DNA of 64,000 nucleotides from Minicystis rosea (lineage in GTDB: Bacteria > Myxococcota_A > Polyangia > Polyangiales > Polyangiaceae), in assembly GCA_001931535.1 (NCBI GenBank), contig CP016211.1, positions 4,503,573 to 4,567,572 on the forward strand. The letters are read 5' to 3'. The notes under the pieces are model-generated. The model searched no databases, had not been told where the DNA came from, and saw nothing but the letters and a program-made list of their open reading frames with translations. The translations under genes were made by a program, and so were the position numbers. Of this stretch, positions 10,658 through 19,870 are shown one piece after another; position 1 is the first letter of the stretch; each line of letters starts with the position of its first letter.

Positions 10658-10755
10658 GTCGCGAGCGCGAGGTCGCAAGCGCGAACGACGATGCGCGATG
10701 TCGCACGCACGAGCGACGATGCGCGGTGTCGCGAGCGCGAACGACGATGCGCGGA
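10658..10755. repeat. three and a half copies of an imperfect 28-bp tandem repeat (gtcgcRagcgcgaacgacgatgcgcgNN) overlapping the start codon of the downstream lipoprotein gene
   Basis: Direct reading of 10658..10755. Units begin at about 10658 (partial), 10672, 10700 and 10728. Each contains ...gacgATGcgcg... Confidence 0.6.
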
Positions 10756-11826
10756 ACAGGAGCGTCCCGCGACGTTTTGTGCGCGCCGCGCTGTCCCTTG
10801 CGTGCGCTGGGACACACCCCTACGACCGCGGCCGTGACACACACCATCTCGCGCAAGGGTCTCTTCTCTGCACCTCTCGCTCGCGCGCTCCTCGCGCTCT
10901 CGTTTCCCTGCGTCGTGCTCGCGGCGTGCGGCGGCGGTGGCACGGGTGGATCGGGCGGCGGCACGACGACCGGCAGCGGCGGCAGCGGCGGCACGCCGAG
11001 CGACGCCTGCACGCAATTCGTCGCCTGCGCCGAGACCGCCGAGCCGCAGAGCACGTCCGGCGCGAAGGCCGCGTTCGGCCCCGGCGGCGCGTGCTTTCAG
11101 ACGCAATCCCGCGAAGCGTGCCTGAAGAACTGCACCGACGGCCTCCTCGGCTTGCACCTCACGCACCCGACGGAGCCCGCCTGCGCCCTCTGTCACACCG
11201 ACGCAGACTGCAGCGGCGCGACGCCGGCCTGTGACACGCAGCGCGGCGAGTGCGTCGCCTGTACCAGCGCCGCGCAGTGCCAAGCACCGACCGCGGCCTG
11301 CGACCCGAGCTCGCATACGTGTGTCGCGTGCGCCGCCGACGCGGACTGCAAGGCGCCGCTCGGCGCGTGCGATCTCGAGACCCACACCTGCGTCGCTTGC
11401 ACCAGCGGCGCGCACTGCGCTTCGGGAGCCTGCGAGGCCGACCATACGTGCTGCGAGGCCACGTCACCCTGCGACGCGCCGGCCTGCGGGAGCCACACCA
11501 ACAACTGCGGCAAGTCCGTGTCGTGCGGCAATTGCGGGAGCGGCGATTACTGCGACGAGTTCGGCTGGTGCAAGCCCATCACCACGACGTACACGTGCAA
11601 CCTCAACGGGCACAACAACATGTGCACGAAGGGCCAGGAGCTCTGCCAGTACTACTTCAACCAAGGCGGCTCCACGGCGTGGTGCGACCCGATCCCCGCG
11701 GCTTGCTTGAACCAGCTCACCTGCGCCTGCCTCCTCGCGCAGCACGCCTACTTCCCGCCGGACACGTGCGAGGCGGGCTCGGGCCCCAACGGCGCCGGCA
11801 CGCTCTACGTCACCACGCAGCCCTGA
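10747..11826 (+). CDS. secreted lipoprotein with Myxococcus-type cysteine-rich repeats
   Basis: ATG at 10747 within ORF 9409..11826. Signal and lipobox 'LLALSFPCVVLAAC' then a Gly-rich linker. Four or more repeats of C-x3-DC-x5-CD-x4-CVAC (e.g. 'CHTDADCSGATPACDTQRGECVAC'), typical of the Myxococcales cysteine-rich repeat family. It is inserted between kamD and kamE. Confidence 0.6.
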   Translation: MRGTGASRDVLCAPRCPLRALGHTPTTAAVTHTISRKGLFSAPLARALLALSFPCVVLAACGGGGTGGSGGGTTTGSGGSGGTPSDACTQFVACAETAEPQSTSGAKAAFGPGGACFQTQSREACLKNCTDGLLGLHLTHPTEPACALCHTDADCSGATPACDTQRGECVACTSAAQCQAPTAACDPSSHTCVACAADADCKAPLGACDLETHTCVACTSGAHCASGACEADHTCCEATSPCDAPACGSHTNNCGKSVSCGNCGSGDYCDEFGWCKPITTTYTCNLNGHNNMCTKGQELCQYYFNQGGSTAWCDPIPAACLNQLTCACLLAQHAYFPPDTCEAGSGPNGAGTLYVTTQP

Positions 11827-12097
11827 CGCCATCTCCGACGAACGCAGCCCCGCACCCTCCACGCGCGGAAGCGCTCACCCGCGATCCGCCCCGAGCATGC
11901 CTGCGCTCGCACGTCGCCGCGTGAACGTGCCCGCCGGCAGCTCGGGCGAAGCAGGGCGAGCGCCTTCGTTCTCGCGAAAGGCGCGCGCGCACCGCGGTCA
12001 CGTCGCGCTGCGTCGGGCTCGTCCGTTTCCTCTTCAGCACGCCCGCATGGCAGCGCGGGGTTGGGAACGAGGGGCCTCCTCTGCTAAGAGGCGACGC

Positions 12098-12832
12098 ATG
12101 GCGGAGAGCAAGCAGCTTCGCGCGTACGGCGATCGCCAGGGCGACGGCATGGTGCAGATGTCCTTCACCCTGGAGGTCTTGCCGGGCGACCGGGCGCGGG
12201 AGGCGGCGAAGCGCTTCGCCGAAGCGCATGGCCTACGCGATCCCTTGGTGACGACCATGGAGCAGTGCGCCAAGGAGCACACGTACTTCGTCGTCTACGG
12301 CCACTCGCAGCACAGCGTCGATCTCTCGGCGATCCACGTGGAAGAGCTCTCGGCGCGCCCGCTCCGGCACGACGAGATCGAAGACAAGGCCAAGCCGCTC
12401 GGCCGCAAGATCGTGGTGGTGGGCGCCTGCACCGGCAGCGACGCGCACACGGTCGGCATCGACGCCATCCTCAACTACAAGGGCTTCGCCGGCGAGAAGG
12501 GGCTCGAGAGCTACAAGTGCTTCGACGCCCACAACCTCGGCGCGCAGGTGGAGAACCACGAGCTCCTCGAGCGCTCCAAGGCCCTCGGCGCCGACGCCAT
12601 CCTCGTCAGCCAAGTCATCACCCAGCGCAACTGCCACAAGGAAAACGCCGCGGCCTTCGTCGATCTCCTCCGCCAGGAGAGCCTGCGCGAGCGCTTCATC
12701 ATCCTCCTCGGCGGCCCGCGCATCGACCATCAGCTCGCCGTCGACCTCGGCTTCGACGCCGGCTTCGGCCCCGGCACCAAGCCCGCGACCGTCGCCTCGT
12801 TCCTCGTCGAACGCCTCCTCGGCCGGAACTGA
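12098..12832 (+). CDS. kamE: D-lysine 5,6-aminomutase beta subunit (B12-binding)
   Basis: ATG at 12098 (M68 of ORF 11897..12832). Collinear match to KamE: 'VQMSFTLEV', 'KIVVVGACTGSDAHTVGIDAILNYKGFAG' (DxHxxG-type B12-binding motif), 'ADAILVSQVITQRN', 'ILLGGPRI...LGFDAGFGPGT'. Confidence 0.85.
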   Translation: MAESKQLRAYGDRQGDGMVQMSFTLEVLPGDRAREAAKRFAEAHGLRDPLVTTMEQCAKEHTYFVVYGHSQHSVDLSAIHVEELSARPLRHDEIEDKAKPLGRKIVVVGACTGSDAHTVGIDAILNYKGFAGEKGLESYKCFDAHNLGAQVENHELLERSKALGADAILVSQVITQRNCHKENAAAFVDLLRQESLRERFIILLGGPRIDHQLAVDLGFDAGFGPGTKPATVASFLVERLLGRN

Positions 12833-12894
12833 CAAGCCCGCAGCTTGGTTTTCGCGCGGCATCCCGCGGTCGCGACTATGTTGCGGCCGTAGGC

Positions 12895-14201
12895 ATGCGC
12901 CAACATCTCTTCTCCACGACGCTCGCCCTCGCACTCTTCACGGGCTGCGGAGACTCGCTCTCGCCCGAGGGCGCGACCGCTTCATCGACGAGCGGTTCCG
13001 GTGCGGGGTCGACGACCGGGCCCGGTGTGGGCGGCGCGCTCCCAGCCAGCGGCGATTGTTCCACGATCGCCTTCCGGCCCGCCGTCATCACCCTCGACGA
13101 AGACCCTTCGCACGATGACGACGCTCCGCAGCTCGTCGCGACCGGGAGCGCGGGGCTCATCGCGCTGGCTTTCGAGCGCCGGCTCGCAGCCTCGACGATC
13201 CCGTTCACGGAGGTGGGCCACACGGCTTTCAATCCCTTCAACGTCTGGCCCATCGCCCCGCCTGGGACGCTGGCCACGCCCTCCATCCCGGAGACGCTCC
13301 CCCGGGCCTCCTCGGCGTCCCGACGCACAGCTTCGCGCTCACGGGTACGTCCGAGGCCGCGCTTGGCCTGCTCACGGTCGCCTACGCGGAGCAGGCCGCC
13401 TTCCATCTCGGGCTCGATCCCTTCGAGACCACGGGGAACGTCATCGGGGTCCCGGGAACCACACCCATGTTTGCAGCGCACAACGGCGAGGCCTTCTTGG
13501 TCGCTGCGCAGGATGCCGGCGGCAACTACCTCGACGTCTCTCTCGTTTCCCACACCAACGATGGACCGACCGTGCAGAGTTGGCCGTGGCCCTGCTCGTT
13601 TCTGCCGGATGGGGTCGACCCCTACCCGGCCGGAGCCGTGCCCTTCGGCGACGGCTTCCTCGTCGCCGCGATGAACCTCTTCTCCGCGGATCCCGACTGC
13701 TCCGCGGACACGCTGACCGTGATCCACCGCGTGCGTGCCGGCGAGAGCCCGGTGCTCGTCGGCGGCTTCGACGGGTACGCCGTCGTGGCGCCGCACCCGG
13801 AGGGCCTCTGGGCGGCGTGGCCCAAGCACGTGGACGATGCGCCGCCCCAGCTCGAGCTCCGGAGAATCGACGGCGCAACCGGTGAAGTCGTCGTCTCGAC
13901 GACGCTCGCAGACGTGGACCCAGGCAGCTTCGCCATCGCGTCGATGGGTCGCTCGCTCGCGCTCGCCTGGACACCGATCGGCGTGTCGCTGGACACGGCG
14001 CCGCCCGAGGTCCACGTCCGCGTCCTCACGGAGTCCGGGGCCAAGCTCGGAGAGGCGGTGCTCCCCAATCTCGACGCCCCGGGGCGCATCTCCGTGGCCG
14101 CCTCACCCGACGCGCGGAGCATCGTGGTGGCCTGGGGACAGTGGTGGTCGAACGCGAGCCGCATCTCGATGGCGCGCGCCGACTGTATCGGCGGCTCGTG
14201 A
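12895..14201 (+). pseudogene. lipoprotein gene split by a frameshift near 13290-13310 (C5 run), or a sequencing indel
   Basis: MRQHLFSTTLALALFTGCGDS (lipobox) at 12895 in frame 1 stays protein-like to about 13300 ('...FNPFNVWPIAPPGTLATPSIPE') and then degenerates. Frame 3 is protein-like from about 13263 through ORF 13467..14201 ('GDAPPGLLGVPTHSFALTGTSEAALG...'). The switch maps to 'gacgctcccccgggcc'. Confidence 0.4.
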
Positions 14202-14271
14202 GGCAGGCGGCTCGCCCAACCGGCGAGGCCGCGCAACGCGCTTAGCAGCGTCATTGTCCACGGAGGCGGCT

Positions 14272-14765
14272 CTACCTCTCCCCTTCCCTCGCCCAAAACT
14301 TTGAGGCAGCGGAAGGGGTCCACCCTCCCTTCGCCCAAAACTTTGAGGCAGCGGAAGGGGTTCACCCTCCCTTCGCCCAAAACTTTGAGGCAGCGGAAGG
14401 GGTTCACCCTCCCTTCGCCCAAAACTTTGAGGCAGCGGAAGGGGTTCACCCTCCCTTCGCCCCAAACTTTGAGGCAAGCGGAAGGGGTCCACCCTCCCTT
14501 CGCCCAAAACTTTGGGGCTGCGGAAGGGCTCCACCCTTCCCGCACCCAAACCGTTGAGACAGCGGCAAGGGTTGAAGCCTTCACTCGCCCAAACGGTTCG
14601 CACCGCGACAAGGGTCGAAGCCTTCGCTCGCCCAAACGGTTGGGACCGCGGCAACGCTCGAAGCCTTCGCTCGCCCAAACGGTTGGGACCGCGGCAACGC
14701 TCGAAGCCTTCGCTCGCCCAAACGGTTGAGACCGCGGCAACGCTCGAAGCCTTCACTCGCCCAGA
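14272..14765. repeat. tandem array of about 11 copies of a 42-43 bp repeat in two diverged subfamilies; not CRISPR
   Basis: Units 'cctcccttcgcccaaaactttgaggcagcggaaggggttcac' (about 14272-14573, 7 copies) grade into 'ccttcgctcgcccaaacggttgggaccgcggcaacgctcgaag' (about 14574-14765, 4-5 copies). Each unit holds an imperfect inverted repeat (ccttcgc...gcggaagg). There are no unique spacers. The array lies between two lipoprotein genes. Confidence 0.8.
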
Positions 14766-15057
14766 TGGTTCGAGGCCACGGCGGGGCTGGCGCTCGCGCG
14801 CGCTTCGCCACTTCGTTGGAGCTCAAACGATCGCGGTGATATCGTTTGAGCACCAACGATCGCGATGCCGCCGCGATCGAAGCTGACATCCGCGGTGACC
14901 AGGCCGAGCGACCATCGCGCCGTCGACGGTGGGGCTCGGTGCTTTCATTTGCCTGCTTCCTTCGCTCTTGACGGCGCGAGCGCGGGACTTGCAGAGCGGG
15001 CGCAGAGCAGCAGCTCTCGTCATGGATTCACGGATGATGATGATGATTCGAGGCTCG

Positions 15058-15888
15058 ATGCGCGTCGCGCTTGGGCTCCTCCTCGGTCTGAGCGGTGCGT
15101 GCAGCACGCCGGTTCCTCCGGCGCCGCCGCCGCAGTCCGCGGCTGCGACGTCGGCGGAGGTGGCCGCGGGGCGCGCGCCTCCGCCGGAGAAGGCGCGCCC
15201 GGCGGGGCCGCCGGGGTGCAACAAGGAGGTCATCGCCGAGGTCGTGGGCACGCCGGTGTGGCGCTTGCCGGGGAGCACGGCGTTCGGCTTTCGGACCGGG
15301 ATGAAGACCCGCGCGGCCGGCGCGCCCAAGGCCTATCACCCCGACGACAGCAAGGCGATCGACGACCTCGCCAACGCCGGACGTTCGGGCCGCTGGGCCG
15401 CGATCGCCACCCACAACGGCAAGCCCGACGGCAAGCCGCTCTTGCAGGGGCCGGCGGATCCGGCGCCGGGATACTACGTCTCCACGACGGCGCTCTTCGA
15501 CAAAGCCAAGCCGGCGAAGAGCCCGAAGCGCTACGTGGACGCGAGCAAGGTCCCCTACGTGGCGCTGCCCGAGCAGGCGCGCGAGTGGGGCGCGGAGCTC
15601 GGTGATCTGGCGGTCGTGATGAACGCCAAGAACGGGCGCATCGCGTTCGCCGTCTTCGCGGACTACGCGCCGCCGGCGAAGCTCGGCCAAGGCTCGATCG
15701 CGCTCGCGGACGCCATCAACGTGGCCGCGAGCCCGCGCGACGGCGGCGTGCCCGCGGGCGTCGTCTACGTGGTGTTCCCCAAGTCGGGCAAGGGCGTACC
15801 GCGCTCGATCGACGACATCGATCGCGAAGGCAAGAAGCTCTTCGACGCGGTCGGCGGCCGCGCCACCCTCGGCACCTGCTTCCGCTGA
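15058..15888 (+). CDS. lipoprotein, possibly glycoside hydrolase family 75 (chitosanase)-like
   Basis: ORF 14929..15888. MRVALGLLLGLSGAC lipobox start at 15058 (alternative ATGs at 15022 and 15034). 'KAYHPDD...GKPDGKPL...YVDASKVPYVALP...NAKNGRIAFAVFADYAPPAKLGQGSIALADAINV' is reminiscent of the GH75 fold. Assignment is tentative. Confidence 0.4.
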   Translation: MRVALGLLLGLSGACSTPVPPAPPPQSAAATSAEVAAGRAPPPEKARPAGPPGCNKEVIAEVVGTPVWRLPGSTAFGFRTGMKTRAAGAPKAYHPDDSKAIDDLANAGRSGRWAAIATHNGKPDGKPLLQGPADPAPGYYVSTTALFDKAKPAKSPKRYVDASKVPYVALPEQAREWGAELGDLAVVMNAKNGRIAFAVFADYAPPAKLGQGSIALADAINVAASPRDGGVPAGVVYVVFPKSGKGVPRSIDDIDREGKKLFDAVGGRATLGTCFR

Positions 15889-16092
15889 GCGGCGTCGCCT
15901 CGCGCGGGCCGCCGCGCATCGCGCGCCGCGCTCAGAGCGTGACCGAGAAAGACAACGCGAGGCCCGCGCGGCGCGACGTTCAAAAGGGCGAGGGTGGTTC
16001 GAGGTATGGGGGTACCTAAGTCAAACACCCCCACCATCAGTCAGTAAGTCAATGAAAGTACATACGAAACCGGCGTTTCAGGACCCGCTCAC

Positions 16093-17372
16093 TCACGCCG
16101 CGATCGGGGGCGTTTCCGAATTGTTACCGCGACTCTTGAGCCTTGCCAGCACCCGCTTTCGCAGGAGCCGGATCCGCCCCGTGATGCGGCTGACCCGCTG
16201 CATCCGCCGCACCCGCTTCTGCACGCCCGCCAGCTCGGTCGGTTCGCCCCGATAGACGCGCTCCAGCACGCCGACCGCATCACTGCACTCCGTCGAGCCG
16301 ATCGCTGCGTAGCCCTGCGTGGTCGCGAGGTCCTCGTGGCCAACCAACTCGCGCACAACGTGCACGGGCACGTGGCCACGGAGGAGGATGGTCACGAAGA
16401 ACGCTCGCAGGCCGTGGAGCCGTGCATGCGGCAGCTTCAGCCTGCGGAGCGTCTTCTTAACGACCCAGTACGGGCCGCCGCAGCCCCACGGCTTGCCCGT
16501 CGATGTCAGCGACGCCTCTTGCGCCTTCGGGCGCTCCTGAACGCGCGCCTCGATGAGGGCCGCGCGAAGCTGGGACGAGAGCGGCACCTGCCGCTCGTTC
16601 CCCGACTTCGTCGTCCTCGTGTGGTCGCGATAACGCGAGAGGCGCACGATGAGCCGGTTGTGCTCCAACTCGACGTCCCCGCACCGCAGGGCCCGGATCT
16701 CCCCTTGCGCAGCCCAGCATGCGCCGCGAGCAGGATGACGAGCCGATGCTCGGGGCGGGTAGCGCAGTCGATCATCGCCGCCACGTCCTGGGAACTCGGC
16801 GCGGTCGGCACGCGCTTACCGCACTTGGGCAGCTTGAGGTACTTCGGCTCTTGGGTGAGGATCTTCGCCTCGACCGCGAACCGCGCCACGCTTCGCAGCG
16901 CGAGGAAGACCTGGCGCCGCGTCGAGACCGCACATCCGGCCTCGACCATCGCCACGTCGATCTCGCGCGACTTCGCTACCTCGAACGCCTCCGAGACGGG
17001 GAGGTCGCGGAGGCGCGGGGTGACGTGCGTTCGGAGCTTGCTGCGGTAGCCATCGAGCGTCGACGGCGAGATCGCCGACGGCGCATACTCGGTGAGATAC
17101 CGATCGACGACCACCCCGAACATGGGCTCCGGAGGCGGCTCGGGCGCGGGCGCCTCGGTGGGCCGCAGCGCCACGCCGTTCGGGCCGCACATTCGCTCCG
17201 GGGCGCCGAAGAGGGTCGCCCCGAGCTTACGAGCCGTCTCCTCGGTCTGCGCCGCCGCCATCGTCTGGACGGCGGCGTCCCGACGGTAACGGCCCTCCGT
17301 TCCGTCCGGTTTCGTAAAGGTGAAGTCAATGACCAGGACCCGCTTACCCCGTCGAGTCGTCTTGCGCACCAT
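16093..17372 (-). pseudogene. int: tyrosine recombinase (phage integrase family), frameshifted
   Basis: ORF 16506..17372 (N-terminal SAM-like and core 'ILLAAHAGLRKGE') and ORF 16093..16668 ('HGLRAFFVTILLRGHVPVHVVRELVGHEDLATTQGYA') are the two halves in different frames. The junction reads LRKG|EIRALRCGDVELEHNRL across a GGGG run near 16660-16680, so a single missing G restores the frame. Confidence 0.7.
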
Positions 17373-17477
17373 GATGAGAACTCCTTCTCATGGCGCACGT
17401 GTTCGCTGACGACCGCATAGCAGAAGGAGCACGCGCGCCGCAAGGGCCGGTAAAAATGCCCAAATGAGACCAGATCG

Positions 17478-17696
17478 CTATTTCGACCCCTGCGCGGGGC
17501 TCAGCCATCCAGGCGCCAGCCACACTCGCCACAGGCGCCCAATCTTGCGCGCGGTGAGCCCATCCACTTGCGCGACGGTCCCACCATCTGGCGCCACGCG
17601 TGCGTTGCGCTCAAAGTTGCGACGTAGCGTGACGGGCGTGAGGCCGAGAAACTCCGCCGCTTGCTCTACGGTGGTCCACGAATTGCGTGACAACAT
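17478..17696 (-). CDS. xis: excisionase/AlpA-family helix-turn-helix DNA-binding protein
   Basis: 72-aa ORF. 'TVEQAAEFLGLTPVTLRRNFER' is a typical excisionase-family HTH, immediately upstream of the integrase remnant. Confidence 0.55.
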   Translation of the reverse strand: MLSRNSWTTVEQAAEFLGLTPVTLRRNFERNARVAPDGGTVAQVDGLTARKIGRLWRVWLAPGWLSPAQGSK

Positions 17697-17804
17697 CGGC
17701 GCGCATTCCCGTTGCTGGCGTCTTCGGGCTCAGGGCGGCACCTGCGAATCGCTCCGCGTGGATGCCATACGCGAGAGTGTTGCGAGCGAATCATGGCAGT
17801 CAAC

Positions 17805-18115
17805 CGACGCTGGTCGATACCAATGTCGATATCCGGTATCGAACAACAGGCACCCTCGGATAGCGGGCATCGGATGCCGGGGCATCAATATCGATATCCG
17901 GTACCGAACAACAGGCGCCCGGCGGATACCGGATATCGCGGGTATCCGGTGTCGGGCGCCGGGGGATACCGCGAGTATCGGCTACCGCGGGTATCGGCTA
18001 CCGCGGGTATCGGCTACCGCGGGTATCGGCTACCGCGGGTATCGGCTACAGATGGGATGAAGCCGCTGGCGCCGTGCCGGCTGAACCCACCACGCCGGAG
18101 GAAACCAAGAGGAGG
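17805..18115. repeat. GATATC/GGTATCCG-rich iteron-like repeat cluster (copy A) with a conserved terminal module
   Basis: Two copies of 'tcgatatccggtaYcgaacaacaggc' about 58 bp apart, 'ggataccggatatcgcgggtatccgg', then four and a half tandem copies of 16-bp 'cgcgggtatcggctac' (about 17977-18056). This is followed by 'cagatgggatgaagcCGCTGGCGCC...acccacc'. A homologous module recurs at 61655-61800. Confidence 0.7.
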
Positions 18116-18397
18116 GCGGCGGTGAAACGTCGCGCCAGCACCGCGCCGGTGGAGCGTCGATCGTCCTTGGTTGGCGCCGACGCTGGCGCGGAGGCTCGCG
18201 TCGTGCCGTACCTCTTCTTCTGGGGCTGGGGTGCCACGTAGAGGCGCAGGTTCGCCAGCGTGGCGCCGAGCACGAGACGTTCGCAGGCTTCGCTCGCGGT
18301 GCGCTCCTCGGGAACGCTGCCGGCGAACGGGACGAATACCTTCTGCACGGCGGCGAGCGCGCCGAGCAACGACGACGCGCGAGAGCTCGGTGCGACA

Positions 18398-19249
18398 TCA
18401 GGCGTCCGGTTCTCCTTCACCACCCAGGCGTTGGATGGTGTTGCTAACGACATCGCCCTCGCTGTACACGCGGCCGTTAATGCGCACGACGCGAGCGCCG
18501 GAGCCGACCTTCTCGCGCAGGTCGCCGAAACCATCCTGCGGCACGTGGGGGATGAACTCGGCCCCGCAAGCAAGCAGCACGTCGGCAGATGGCCATCCAC
18601 CGCCTTCGCGCTCTGCTTGGCGCTGGATCAAATCAGGCAGCACGCACACGAACTCGGCGGAGGCGTCTCCCTCGTCGTAGCCCTCCATGTTCTCGTGGAA
18701 CCGCTCGGCCTCCCACGCCGTGCGTGCGATCACGAACCAGTCCTCGTCGCCGTCGCCTGTCTCGCACCAGTAGAGCTTCCACTTCGCCCAGAACACCGGC
18801 ACGGTGCGACCGTCGCCGTCCTCGTCATAGTCCGAAGCGTCCGTCTCGTCATCGTGTGTGTCCGCCTCTTCTCCTTCCTCGTCATCAAGGAAGTGCTCGG
18901 TGGCGCCGGTGGCGCCCTGTTCTGGCAGATAGCTATAGAAGAGCACGTCGCCGAGCTTCTGGTGATTGACGATAAGGCCGCGCGTGAGGTCGCCTGACGC
19001 CGTCTCGATGAAGGCGTTCGCGTAAACCACGACGGGGCCGAGGCTGCCACTCGTGGTCGCGATCTCGTGGAGGCGTGCGCGACACTTGGACACGGCGTCA
19101 TCCACGTCCCGCGCTTCGACGACGATCTGGAAGGTGCCGTCGTCGTCGTCAGCATCGTCTTCGCTGCCGACAAGTTCCTCATCAGGGCTGAACTCGAAGC
19201 AGCAGACGAACAGCTTGGTGAGCTGAGCGCTGTTGGTCTCGTCGGGCAT
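18398..19249 (-). CDS. hypothetical highly acidic protein (candidate immunity/partner protein)
   Basis: ATG at 19249 (M10 of ORF 18398..19276) with a GGAGG RBS. 283 aa, rich in D/E runs ('EDDADDDDG', 'DDEEGEEADTHDDETDASDYDEDGDG'). It is the last gene of the minus-strand vgrG cluster. Confidence 0.45.
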   Translation of the reverse strand: MPDETNSAQLTKLFVCCFEFSPDEELVGSEDDADDDDGTFQIVVEARDVDDAVSKCRARLHEIATTSGSLGPVVVYANAFIETASGDLTRGLIVNHQKLGDVLFYSYLPEQGATGATEHFLDDEEGEEADTHDDETDASDYDEDGDGRTVPVFWAKWKLYWCETGDGDEDWFVIARTAWEAERFHENMEGYDEGDASAEFVCVLPDLIQRQAEREGGGWPSADVLLACGAEFIPHVPQDGFGDLREKVGSGARVVRINGRVYSEGDVVSNTIQRLGGEGEPDA

Positions 19250-19390
19250 CGCAATCCTCCGTCGCCGCGGTAGCACAACACGCCTCTTGAGGTGGCCCTT
19301 TCGTCGAGAAGAGCTGGGCTCGGTCCTGGGGCAGCTCCGGAGTCCGGAGTTCCCAGCCTGTGCCGCGTGCAGCGGCCGAGCTCCCCGACG

Positions 19391-19870
19391 TCAGGGCAGT
19401 TCCACGTTCGCGGCGAGCACCTTTATCGCCTTTGCCGCACGCAGCGCCACCCCCTCGCCCGCGAGCCGAATCGCGCCGCTCTCATCGAGCATCAGCACAG
19501 CCTTTCCGACACGCAACACGATTGCCCGCTCCGCTGCGAGCTCCAGATCCTTCGCATCGAGGCGCAACTTCTCCGGCTTGCCCTCCGCGCTCGGCTGCGT
19601 CTGCAACGCGCCAACGATCACGACGCCGTCGCGCGTCTGCGTTACCAACATCGTCCGCCGGGTCCGCCTGCATTCGTCAGCGAGAGCCGGGGCGACCCCC
19701 TCCGCGAGCTTCGCGCGTACGCGCTCGCCCGCTGCCGTCCGCACGCGGTACGCGCCCCTGGGCCCAGGCTCGATCGTCGCAGCGTGCAAGCCCGGACCGA
19801 GAGCGATGTCCGTCGCAGCGACCCCAGCGCGCGTCTTCCGTCCCACTCTCGCAGATCCCGCTTTCGTCAT
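19391..19870 (-). CDS. hypothetical 159-aa protein with beta-helix-like repeats resembling a VgrG C-terminal region
   Basis: The start codon overlaps the upstream stop (ATGA at 19867-19870). The C-terminal half 'LRLDAKDLELAAERAIVLRVGKAVLMLDESGAIRLAGEGVALRAAKAIKVLAANVEL' alternates hydrophobic/small residues like a spike beta-helix or DUF2345. Confidence 0.45.
   Translation of the reverse strand: MTKAGSARVGRKTRAGVAATDIALGPGLHAATIEPGPRGAYRVRTAAGERVRAKLAEGVAPALADECRRTRRTMLVTQTRDGVVIVGALQTQPSAEGKPEKLRLDAKDLELAAERAIVLRVGKAVLMLDESGAIRLAGEGVALRAAKAIKVLAANVELP

Noticed and set aside
10308-11445. Minus-strand ORFs of 248 and 270 aa
   Set aside because: They are antisense to the Cys-rich lipoprotein gene. 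Arg-rich low complexity.
13622-14756. Minus-strand ORFs encoding 14-aa repeats (LKVLGEGRVNPFRC...)
   Set aside because: They are produced by the 42-bp repeat periodicity and overlap the C-terminus of the plus-strand lipoprotein gene. No start or RBS context was found.
14272-14765. Possible CRISPR array
   Set aside because: Units are contiguous 42-43 bp repeats without unique spacers, and no cas genes are nearby. It is a plain tandem repeat.
15850-16100. tRNA gene or fragment as integrase target
   Set aside because: A GGTTCGAGG T-loop-like motif exists, but no complete cloverleaf could be assembled manually. It is left as a hypothesis only.
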